Assembly (NCBI RefSeq): GCF_014280195.1
Contig: NZ_CP047960.1
Coordinates: 420,001-452,000, forward strand
Direction: 5' to 3'
DNA length: 32,000 nt
DNA from: Synechococcus sp. A15-24
GTDB taxonomy: Bacteria > Cyanobacteriota > Cyanobacteriia > PCC-6307 > Cyanobiaceae
Positions 15,926-23,596 of the stretch are shown piece by piece (within the stretch, counting starts at the first letter, position 1; every line of letters begins with the position of its first letter). The notes below the pieces were generated by a model, which saw only the letters and a program-made list of their open reading frames with translations, made no database searches and had not been told where the DNA came from. The position numbers and the translations under genes are program-made.

Positions 15926-17911
15926 ATGATTCAGCGCTTCGGGGTGCCGGAGACCGGTCTACTGGCCCATCGCACGGTGCCGGCGCTGCTGGCTCCGGCG
16001 CAGTTGCTGCCGGGCCGGCGGCGGGATGTGGAGGTGTTGCTGGCCTGGGGGCGACGCCCCAGTGCCCGGCGGGTCGAGCGCTTGGGGCGGCGCTGGCAGC
16101 TACCGGTGTGGCATTTGGAGGATGGTCTGCTGCGCTCCTTGGCCAAGGGCCGCCAGCATCCGCCGCTGGCGCTGTTGGTTGATGACCTGGGGGTTCATTT
16201 CGATGCCACTCAGCCCAGCCGGATGGAGCAGCGGATTCAGCAACCGCTGACCCCTGCACAACACAACCGGGCCCGTGAACTTCAGCAGCGGTGGTGTGCA
16301 CAGCGGCTGAGCAAGCTCAACCCCGCCCGGGAATCACCGGCTCCAGCCGAGCCTTTTGTGCTGGTTGTGGACCAGTCCGCCGGCGACTGCTCCATCGGCC
16401 TCGGGCAAGCCGGGCCGGAGAGCTTCCGGCGCATGTTGCAGGAGGCGCTGCGGGATCAGCCGGACTGTCTGGCGGTGGTGAAGGTGCATCCGGATGTGAT
16501 CCGGGGCCGCGCCCGGGGCCATTTCCGCCGGCAGGATCTGCAGCACCCGCGCATCCGCGTTTGCGCTGACGGATTGCACCCTGCCGCCCTGTTGGAGCAG
16601 GCCCAGGCGGTGTATGTGGTGACCTCCCAGATGGGCTTCGAAGCACTGCTGTGGGGGCGAACGGTCCACTGCTTTGGCATGCCCTTCTATGCCGGTTGGG
16701 GGCTGACCCATGATCGTCTGCCGGCTCCGGTCCGTCGGGGGCAGATGGTGCCTTTGGAAGCGCTGGTGCATGCAGTGCTGGTGGCGGGCACCCGTTGCGT
16801 GGATCCCCATCACCATCAGCCCTGCCCGATCGAAACGTTGATGGATGCCATCGGGCTGCAACGCCGCCTGCAGGTGGCGGATCCTCAGCGGGTGGAAGCC
16901 TTCGGGTTTACGCCCTGGAAGCAACGCAGCCTCAAGCGCTTTCTGGCCGGCAGTGAGCTGCGCTTCCGCCTGCCGCGGGCGTGGCCGGGGCGGCGGGCGG
17001 AGGCCGTGGCGGTGTGGGGGCGGCGGGCGCGACCACGCCTGCTGGCCACGGCGCGCCAACGGTCGCTGCCGCTGCTGCAGGTGGAGGACGGCTTCCTGCG
17101 TTCGGTGGGGCTGGGGGCGGATCTGATCGATCCGATCTCCTGGGTGGTGGACCTCCGGGGGATGTATTACGACGCCACGGAGAGCAGCGATCTGGAGCAT
17201 CTTCTGGCCACCGCTGACTGGAGTAAGCCGCAGTTGCAGCGGGCTGAGGCCCTGCGCCAACAGCTGGTGGAGCAGGCGATCACCAAGTACAACCTGTCGG
17301 GAGATGGGTGGCAGCGCCCCAAGGGGGTCCGGCGGGTGGTGTTGGTGGTGGGCCAGGTGGAAAGCGACGCTTCAATCCGCTACGGCGCTCCCGGGATCAC
17401 CACCAACCTGGCTCTGCTGGAGGCTGTTCGGGCCGCTGAACCGGATGCTTTTGTGGTTTACAAGCCCCATCCGGATGTGGTGGCGGGCCTCTGCCGCTCT
17501 GGGGAAGGGGAAGAGCGGGCTGGGCAGGTCTGCGATTACCTGTTGGTTGATGGTTCGATCCATGCCCTGTTTGAGCAGGTGGATGCCCTGCATGTGCTCA
17601 CCTCACTGGCGGGATTTGAGGCGCTGCTGCGGGGGGTGGAGGTGCACTGCTGGGGACTGCCCTTTTATTCGGGTTGGGATCTGACGCATGACCGGTTGTC
17701 GTCTCCCCGGCGGGGGCGGCCGCTGCCATTGGCGGCTTTGGTGCATGCCGCCTTGATTGATTACCCCCGCTACGTCAGCCGTCACAGCGGTTGGTTCATC
17801 ACTCCAGAGCAAGCCATTGAGGAGCTGGTGGCCTGGCGGGATGCACCTGCAGCTCCACGCACCCTGGTGCAGGCCCTGTTCCGCCACTGGGGGCGACTGC
17901 GCCGCCGCTGA
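15926..17911 (+). CDS. kpsC: KpsC-like capsule beta-Kdo transferase (tandem Capsule_synth domains)
   Basis: Colinear with E. coli KpsC as I recall it. Shared blocks are MIQRFG.. start, LAWGRRPSA, WHLEDGLLRS, VVKVHPDV, VYVVTSQMGFEALLWG..CFGMPFYAGWGLT. The second repeat has LQVEDGFLRSVGLGADL, YYDATESSDLE, KYNL, VGQVESDASI, VVYKPHPDV, VLTSLAGFEALLRG..CWGLPFYSGWDLT. The track ORF start at 15431 is an antisense-overlap artefact; ATG 15926 is in frame. Confidence 0.9.
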   Translation: MIQRFGVPETGLLAHRTVPALLAPAQLLPGRRRDVEVLLAWGRRPSARRVERLGRRWQLPVWHLEDGLLRSLAKGRQHPPLALLVDDLGVHFDATQPSRMEQRIQQPLTPAQHNRARELQQRWCAQRLSKLNPARESPAPAEPFVLVVDQSAGDCSIGLGQAGPESFRRMLQEALRDQPDCLAVVKVHPDVIRGRARGHFRRQDLQHPRIRVCADGLHPAALLEQAQAVYVVTSQMGFEALLWGRTVHCFGMPFYAGWGLTHDRLPAPVRRGQMVPLEALVHAVLVAGTRCVDPHHHQPCPIETLMDAIGLQRRLQVADPQRVEAFGFTPWKQRSLKRFLAGSELRFRLPRAWPGRRAEAVAVWGRRARPRLLATARQRSLPLLQVEDGFLRSVGLGADLIDPISWVVDLRGMYYDATESSDLEHLLATADWSKPQLQRAEALRQQLVEQAITKYNLSGDGWQRPKGVRRVVLVVGQVESDASIRYGAPGITTNLALLEAVRAAEPDAFVVYKPHPDVVAGLCRSGEGEERAGQVCDYLLVDGSIHALFEQVDALHVLTSLAGFEALLRGVEVHCWGLPFYSGWDLTHDRLSSPRRGRPLPLAALVHAALIDYPRYVSRHSGWFITPEQAIEELVAWRDAPAAPRTLVQALFRHWGRLRRR

Positions 17912-17931
17912 GGCGTGCCAGGATCTTCTCA

Positions 17932-19959
17932 GTGCTGGACGGCGATTTGGGCAGGGGACGGGCGCCGGCGCTGGTGCAGGTGCGCATCGAAGGACCGGTT
18001 CTGCTGCTGATGGGCCCGATCGGGCTGTTCTTTGCCCGCTTCAGCCGATACCTGCAGGGATGTGGCATCCCGGTCACCAAGGTGCGTTTTCCTTTGCGGG
18101 AATTCGGCTTCCCTTCGGACGTGTGTGTGCCGTTTCAAAAGCCGATGGAGGCCTGGCGGCCCTTCCTGCGTCAGCTGCTGCAGGAGCGCGGCATCCGACA
18201 CATCTTCATGTATGGGGACTTCATCATTCCCCACCGGATTGCCATCGAGGAGGCTCGCGACCTGGGGGTGGAAGCCTGGGTGTTCGAACTCGGATACCTG
18301 CGCCCCAACTACGTGACCCTGGAGCGGGATCGGGTCAACGCCCGCTCCAACCTCAACCAACCCGCGGCCTTCTACCGCAACCTGCCACCGGTGGATCAGC
18401 TGCCGCCGGAGATTGTGCTGGATCCGGGCTGGCGCTGGCGCAAGGCCTGGAAGGCTCCCACGTTCATTCAACACGCCTTCACCCGCTACCCGATCATTGA
18501 GGGGGAGCACAAACTGCAGCCCAATCCGGGCTTCCTCTGGTGCCAGCTGCGCGGCAGCTGGCGTTACTGGCTGTACCGCTGGCAGGAGCGCAACCTGAAG
18601 CGCCGGCTGCTGGAGCACCTGTCCTTCTTCCTGGCGGTGCTGCAGGTGTCCAGTGATTCCCAGATCCAGCTGGGGTCGCCCTACCGCGGCATGCACGACT
18701 TCATCGAAGACGTGATCCGCTCCTTTGCGGACCATGCCCACAGCTCCGACCATTTGGCTTTCAAGCACCACCCGCGGGACCGGGGCTACAACCATTACGG
18801 CAGCCTGATTGGTGTGCTGGCGCGCCGCTACGGCGTCTGCGGGCGGGTTCACTACTTCCACGACGGTGCCCTCAGCCGCTACCTGCGCACCTGCCGCGGT
18901 GTGATCACGGTGAACAGCACGGTGGGCCTCCAGGCCCTGTTCCATGCGGTGCCCACCAAAACCATGGGCAATACCTTTTACAACCTGGAGGGGCTGACGG
19001 ATCAGAAGCCCCTGGATGGGTTTTGGCGGGACCCCCAGCCCAGTGACCGAGCGCTGTTCTGGCGGTTTTACCACCACCTGGTGATGACCACCCAAGTGAA
19101 CGGCAATTTCGACGGGGACTTCCCCTTCCGGATCACCTTCCCGATCGGCCTTGAGGCTCGCCAGCTCGAACCGCAGCCGCAGTTGCCGCCGCTGCGTCCA
19201 CGGCCACGGATAAACCCCCTGCTGCTGCCGGTGCGGGTGCTGGCTCGCCTGGGTTGGGCAGCCCTGGGGTTTGTCTTGTACGGCCTGCAGCTGCCAGCGG
19301 TGCTGCTCCGCCGATCGGACTGGGCGGCTCAGCTGATGACCTGGGCGTCTGCTGTGGCGTTGCGGGCGCTTGGGGTGCAGGTGGTGGTTGATGACAGCCA
19401 GCCCAGTGAGCCAGCTGTGGTGCCCCTGGTGCATATCTTCAACCACCGCAGCCCCTGTGATGGCCTGGTGATTCAGGGGGTGTTGCGCCTGCCGGGCATG
19501 ACCACGGCGCAGCTGCATCTGAAGTGGGTGCTGCCTGGCTATGCGGCTGCGGCCCGCAATGCCGGCTCGGCCGTTCTCGATCATCGCCAGCCCAGTTCGC
19601 GGCTGGAGGGAATGATGCGGGCCTCAGCGTTGTTGCGCGATCACGGCCAGATCATGCTGGCCCCCAACGGCTCCCTGGTGACGCCGATCGAACAGCGGGT
19701 CTCCCCCAGCGCCTGGATGCTGGCTCAGCATTACAACGGTTCGGTTGTGCCCTGGCTGTTCCGCTACGACGGGCTGGAGGGGGCCGTGGGAGCCCGGTAC
19801 AGGCCTTGGGCGCTGCTGCTCAGCCGGTTGACGGCTCCACTTGGAACGATTCACTGTCGCCGCGGGCGCTCCCAGGATCTGGTTCTGCCTAAGGATCCTC
19901 GGGACCGGGAGGGGTTTAGCCGGGCTGTGCAGGCGTACTACCAGCAAGTACAAGACTGA
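17932..19959 (+). CDS. kpsS: KpsS-like Kdo transferase fused to a C-terminal PlsC/LPLAT-type acyltransferase domain
   Basis: KpsS blocks are LLLMGPIGLFF, FELGYLRPNYVT, FFLAVLQVSSDSQI, LAFKHHPRDRG, VITVNSTVGLQALF, MTTQVNGNF. These are followed by a Pro-rich linker and a hydrophobic segment. Next come the HX4D box FNHRSPCD (His codon 19444-19446, Asp codon 19459-19461) and APNGS (19660-19674) in the position of the FPEGT block. GTG start. Confidence 0.85.
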   Translation: MLDGDLGRGRAPALVQVRIEGPVLLLMGPIGLFFARFSRYLQGCGIPVTKVRFPLREFGFPSDVCVPFQKPMEAWRPFLRQLLQERGIRHIFMYGDFIIPHRIAIEEARDLGVEAWVFELGYLRPNYVTLERDRVNARSNLNQPAAFYRNLPPVDQLPPEIVLDPGWRWRKAWKAPTFIQHAFTRYPIIEGEHKLQPNPGFLWCQLRGSWRYWLYRWQERNLKRRLLEHLSFFLAVLQVSSDSQIQLGSPYRGMHDFIEDVIRSFADHAHSSDHLAFKHHPRDRGYNHYGSLIGVLARRYGVCGRVHYFHDGALSRYLRTCRGVITVNSTVGLQALFHAVPTKTMGNTFYNLEGLTDQKPLDGFWRDPQPSDRALFWRFYHHLVMTTQVNGNFDGDFPFRITFPIGLEARQLEPQPQLPPLRPRPRINPLLLPVRVLARLGWAALGFVLYGLQLPAVLLRRSDWAAQLMTWASAVALRALGVQVVVDDSQPSEPAVVPLVHIFNHRSPCDGLVIQGVLRLPGMTTAQLHLKWVLPGYAAAARNAGSAVLDHRQPSSRLEGMMRASALLRDHGQIMLAPNGSLVTPIEQRVSPSAWMLAQHYNGSVVPWLFRYDGLEGAVGARYRPWALLLSRLTAPLGTIHCRRGRSQDLVLPKDPRDREGFSRAVQAYYQQVQD

Positions 19960-21181
19960 TGTTGTGACCGCCGAAGCCGAAGGCGTTTTTGAGCAGCAGG
20001 CGTTGGCCTTGATCAGAAGACAGCTCAACAGGACCCTGGTTGGCCACCGCCAGCTCCACCTCAGGATCCAGGGGATCGGCATTTAGGCTGCCGGGTAACA
20101 CTCCGTGACGCAGGGCCTGCAGGGCCAGGATGGTTTCTACCGCTCCGGCGCCCCCCAGCAGATGGCCGAGTTGGCCTTTGGGGGCGCAGACCGGCAGATG
20201 ATCGGCGGCACTGCCGAGGCTGCGCCGCAATGCTCTGGCCTCCGCCAGGTCGCCGAGGCTGGTGCCGGTGGCATGGGCCTGAACGCCGCAGAGGTCCGAG
20301 GCGCTCACATCCGCCCGGCGCAGGGCATCATCAATGGCACGGCTGGCCTGTAGCCCCTGGGGTTCGGGGGAGACGATGTGATGAGCATCGCTGCTGCTGC
20401 CGCTGGCCAGCAACCAACCCAGATCCGCTCCTGCTGGCGTGTCCCGCTGCCGCATCAGGGCCAGGACGCCGGCGCCTTCGGAGAGCACAAAGCCATCTCT
20501 ATTGAGCCCATAGGGACGGGAGGCCTGATCGGGGGCGTCGTTGCGGCCGGAGAGGGCGCGCATGGCAGCAAAGCCCACAAGCCCCAGTCGGTTCACTGGT
20601 GCTTCGCTGCCTCCGGCCAGCACCAGATCGGCGCGGTCGTCGTTGAGCAGCATCTGGCCCAGCATCAACGCTTCGGCGCCCGAGGCGCAGGCGGACACCG
20701 GGGTGTGGGCACCGCCGAGCAGACCGAACTCGATGGCGACCTGACCAGCGGCAGCATCGGGGATCAGCATCGGCACGGTGAGGGGGTTGACCCGGCTCGG
20801 TCCCCCTGCGCTGAGTTGCGTGTGCTGCTCGTGCATCGTGGCGAGGCCGCCGATGCCGGTGCCGATCACCACAGCGATCCGACTTGGATCGAGCCCTTGT
20901 GTGATGGACCCGGCCATGGCCCAGGCCTGCCGCGCGGCCACCAGGGCAAGCTGGGCACAGCGATCGGAGCGGCGGCGGAGCAGGGGCGGCAGGCTGTCGA
21001 GGGCCCTCGTTGGGACGCAACCGGCCAGGCGCACGGGCAGATCCTCGGTCCAGGCAGCCTGGAGGGTCTGGATGCCGCTGTGACCAGCGATCACCGACGT
21101 CCAGGTGCTGTCGGCATCGGCACCAAGGGGGTTGAGGGAACCCCAACCCACCACTGCGGTGGGCTCAGCTCGGGAAGCCAT
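19916..21181 (-). CDS. Beta-ketoacyl-ACP synthase (FabF/FabB-like elongating KAS, Cys-His-His)
   Basis: Active-site contexts are PVSACASGAEAL, VQAHATGTSLGD, KGQLGHLLGGAG, and the C-terminal NAFGFGGHN. The 3' end overlaps the convergent kpsS-fusion gene by 44 nt. Confidence 0.85.
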   Translation of the reverse strand: MASRAEPTAVVGWGSLNPLGADADSTWTSVIAGHSGIQTLQAAWTEDLPVRLAGCVPTRALDSLPPLLRRRSDRCAQLALVAARQAWAMAGSITQGLDPSRIAVVIGTGIGGLATMHEQHTQLSAGGPSRVNPLTVPMLIPDAAAGQVAIEFGLLGGAHTPVSACASGAEALMLGQMLLNDDRADLVLAGGSEAPVNRLGLVGFAAMRALSGRNDAPDQASRPYGLNRDGFVLSEGAGVLALMRQRDTPAGADLGWLLASGSSSDAHHIVSPEPQGLQASRAIDDALRRADVSASDLCGVQAHATGTSLGDLAEARALRRSLGSAADHLPVCAPKGQLGHLLGGAGAVETILALQALRHGVLPGSLNADPLDPEVELAVANQGPVELSSDQGQRLLLKNAFGFGGHNISLVLAGSTPAQPG

Positions 21182-21446
21182 CGGCCGGGCTGGGGCTCAA
21201 GGACTCCAGGTGCTGCTGAATGTCCGCAACGGTGCGGAACCGGAGTAGTTCCTCCTCTTTAATCCGGATTCCGAAGTTGGTGTCCGCCTCGATCAGGATT
21301 TCGTAGAACCCAAGGGAATCAATTCCCACGTCCTCCATCAGCCGGGCGTTAGGGGTGATCACGGCTGGGTCGGCGCCGGAGATGCGATGCAGGATCTCGA
21401 TCAGCCGTCCCTGCAGCTCTTGCTTGTCAGGGCAGCTCTCTCCCAA
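21165..21446 (-). CDS. Acyl carrier protein (dedicated, locus-encoded)
   Basis: The phosphopantetheine attachment context is DVGIDSLGFYEI. Size is about 93 aa. TTG start, with no upstream ATG. It overlaps the KAS start by 17 nt. Confidence 0.7.
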   Translation of the reverse strand: MGESCPDKQELQGRLIEILHRISGADPAVITPNARLMEDVGIDSLGFYEILIEADTNFGIRIKEEELLRFRTVADIQQHLESLSPSPADGFPS

Positions 21447-21491
21447 CGCACAACCTCTTATTGAGTAGCCAAAGTACCAGTGATGGTGGGA

Positions 21492-22403
21492 TTACACGTC
21501 GCCTCGGTACCAGCTGAAGCGTTGGTAGACGGGCTGATGGGGGAGGTCGATGAAGAGTGCCAGTCGTTCTTGAGGGAGTTTCCTCAGATCTGCAGCCATC
21601 AGGATTTCAGTGATCTGGTTGAAGTCCAGGGCCAGGGACAGATCACAGACTTCCGCCTGCATCAAGTTGACGTACTGACGCAGCAGCACCGGTAATCGGA
21701 AATTGTCGGAGAGGGTCTGGCGGATCTCCTGTTCCAGGGCCTGGATGTGGCCGCTGGGATGGGGGGTGTCATCAGCGCGAATGCCTGGGACGGGATGGCG
21801 TGGGGCCGGTAAGGGGGTGTCAAGGCGCCGATAGGGGGGACGCAGCAGGGCGCTGAGGAAAGCGCTGTTCACGGCGTCGCTGTGGGCGAAGTGGTTGTAG
21901 GAGACCAACCCGTGCAGCAACTCGTAACCGCTGCGGGCAGCGATCAGCAGACCGCCGCGGAACAGGGCCATCAGCGAGTGGGGCTGGCGTTGGAAGCGTT
22001 CCGCCAGGGCGACCCTGCCGATTTCGAGGTGGTTGGTGCGGCTGGCCAGGTCCGCCTTGATGCCGGGATAGACGTGTTCGAGATAAGAGCCGCTGCTGCC
22101 GGGTAAGGGGGTGGCGCCGACGGGGATGAACTGCAGGCGGGCGGAGCCGGCGAGATCGCCGCTGCTGCGTTCCACCAGCAGCAGATGGTCGTAATCGGGA
22201 TCGCGACCATCCAGGTCCCGCTCGTCTCCCGACCCGGACAACTGCTTGCGGTACGTTGATTCGCGAAGCTGTCCAACGGCATCGGCCACAGCGTAGAAGG
22301 CGCTGCCTGCGATCAGGTGCAGATCGAGGTCGTCAATCGTGAGTAAGCGTGTTTCCGTCGCCGAGGCCACGTCGGAAGGGATGGACGGACCAGACAGCGT
22401 CAT
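21492..22403 (-). CDS. GNAT-fold N-acyltransferase of the OlsB / hemolysin-like (Acetyltransf_5) type
   Basis: The blocks DGRDPDYDHLLLVE, LEIGRVALAE and LPVLLRQYVNLMQAEV resemble the OlsB-family blocks D.FD..C.HLLV, ELSRF.V and PPLLKGYLRLGA (from memory). It is first in an operon with ACP and KAS. Confidence 0.65.
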   Translation of the reverse strand: MTLSGPSIPSDVASATETRLLTIDDLDLHLIAGSAFYAVADAVGQLRESTYRKQLSGSGDERDLDGRDPDYDHLLLVERSSGDLAGSARLQFIPVGATPLPGSSGSYLEHVYPGIKADLASRTNHLEIGRVALAERFQRQPHSLMALFRGGLLIAARSGYELLHGLVSYNHFAHSDAVNSAFLSALLRPPYRRLDTPLPAPRHPVPGIRADDTPHPSGHIQALEQEIRQTLSDNFRLPVLLRQYVNLMQAEVCDLSLALDFNQITEILMAADLRKLPQERLALFIDLPHQPVYQRFSWYRGDV

Positions 22404-22458
22404 CGTTGTACCTAACTGTCTCAGTCTGGGGGCAGATTAGACCCGCTGGTTCGAGCTT

Positions 22459-23571
22459 TTGTCGTTTCCCACTGCCTTGATCCCTTTCTCTTCGCGCTCT
22501 GCTGCTGTGGTCTGCACCCGGCTGATCGCCGGTCTGGCGGCCACTGCGACGTGCTTGGTGGTCGGCCCGCTTGCAGCTGTTGCAGATCCAGTGACCTCTG
22601 CCAGAAGCTCACCGAGCAGCGGCCAAGAGGTGTTTCGCTACCGACTGGGACCTGGCGACAGTCTGGCTATGTCGGTATTCAAGATGAGCGGTTACCAGGC
22701 AAATGTGAAGGTGCTGAGCGATGGCACCATCAACCTTCCGCGCATCGGCACCATTGAGGTCTGGGGACTGACTTTAGAAGAAGCGCGTCAGCGCATCAGC
22801 GCGGCCTATGAGGTCTTTCTGCGTCGGCCGATCGTCTACCTCGATCTGGTGACCGCCCGTCCGGTGAAGGTCACAGTGACCGGTGAAGTGGAACGTCCAG
22901 GGGTGTTCAGCCTGCCGACCCAAGCGGAGGGGGGCTGGCCGACGCTGGTGGATGTGGTGCAGAAAGCTGGTGGTGTGTCCGCCAGTGGTGATCTGTCCCG
23001 TATTGAAGTGCTGCGTCCTGCCGTGCGCCGCGGTGGCTCGATGCGTCGTTATCAATTCGATTACCTCACGGTGCTTCGCGAGGGTGGGCATGCCCCGAAC
23101 CCCCTGATTTACGACGGCGACAGCATTCGCTTGTACAAAAACGAAGAAGTCGATAACGCTGACCTGATCACGACGGCGGCCTCCAACTTCGCTCCCGACA
23201 CGATCCGCGTGAACGTGATCGGGGAAGTGGCTAAGCCAGGCATCCAGCAGGTGCCATCCAATGCGCCGTTGTCCCAGGCGATCTTTGCGTCGGGCGGCAT
23301 CACCCGTCGCGGCAGCATCAGCACAGTGGAATTGGTGCGTATGGATGGCGAGGGTGAGCCGACGGTCAAAGTGATGAGCTTTGCCCCCAGCGCCGTGCTG
23401 AGCAGCCCGACTAACCCACCGCTCCGTCAAGGAGATGTGATTGTGGTGAACCGCTCAGCTCTCGCGAGGGTGACCGATGGCCTGACCGATGCTTTTTCAC
23501 CGCTCACGCCGATCGTCAATGCCGCCTCGATTTTCCGGATCCTTGGCTTGCCCTCAGTGATTGGCAACTGA
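22459..23571 (+). CDS. Polysaccharide export protein (Wza/KpsD-like: Poly_export + SLBB domains)
   Basis: N-terminal signal-like segment (LIAGLAATATCLVVGPLAAVA). The Poly_export motif is YRLGPGDSLAMSVF...LSDGTINLPRIGTIEVWGLT. SLBB-like repeats are VTVTGEVERPGVF and VNVIGEVAKPGIQ. The start is TTG 22459 or GTG 22507. Confidence 0.8.
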   Translation: MSFPTALIPFSSRSAAVVCTRLIAGLAATATCLVVGPLAAVADPVTSARSSPSSGQEVFRYRLGPGDSLAMSVFKMSGYQANVKVLSDGTINLPRIGTIEVWGLTLEEARQRISAAYEVFLRRPIVYLDLVTARPVKVTVTGEVERPGVFSLPTQAEGGWPTLVDVVQKAGGVSASGDLSRIEVLRPAVRRGGSMRRYQFDYLTVLREGGHAPNPLIYDGDSIRLYKNEEVDNADLITTAASNFAPDTIRVNVIGEVAKPGIQQVPSNAPLSQAIFASGGITRRGSISTVELVRMDGEGEPTVKVMSFAPSAVLSSPTNPPLRQGDVIVVNRSALARVTDGLTDAFSPLTPIVNAASIFRILGLPSVIGN

Positions 23572-23596
23572 GGAACGTGTTCAATCAACCGTGGAT

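Noticed and set aside
17929-19584. A 551-aa minus-strand ORF antisense to the kpsS-acyltransferase gene
   Set aside because: It has the typical shadow-ORF composition of high-GC DNA (Q/H/R/P/G-rich) and no motif. The plus-strand frame carries unmistakable KpsS and HX4D blocks. The same reasoning applies to 16334-17260 (-), 16317-16646 (-) and 15891-16301 (-), which are antisense to kpsC.
20378-21262. A 294-aa plus-strand ORF and a 215-aa minus-strand alternative-frame ORF (20499-21146) over the KAS gene
   Set aside because: The KAS frame has the complete Cys-His-His active-site contexts. The competing frames are low-complexity Gly/Arg/Pro/Ala strings.
22774-23430. A 218-aa ORF antisense to the Wza/KpsD-like gene, and a 261-aa ORF (23738-24523, +) antisense to purB
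   Set aside because: The sense frames carry strong family signatures (Poly_export/SLBB and GSSAMPHKRNP). The antisense frames are His/Arg/Gly-rich shadows.
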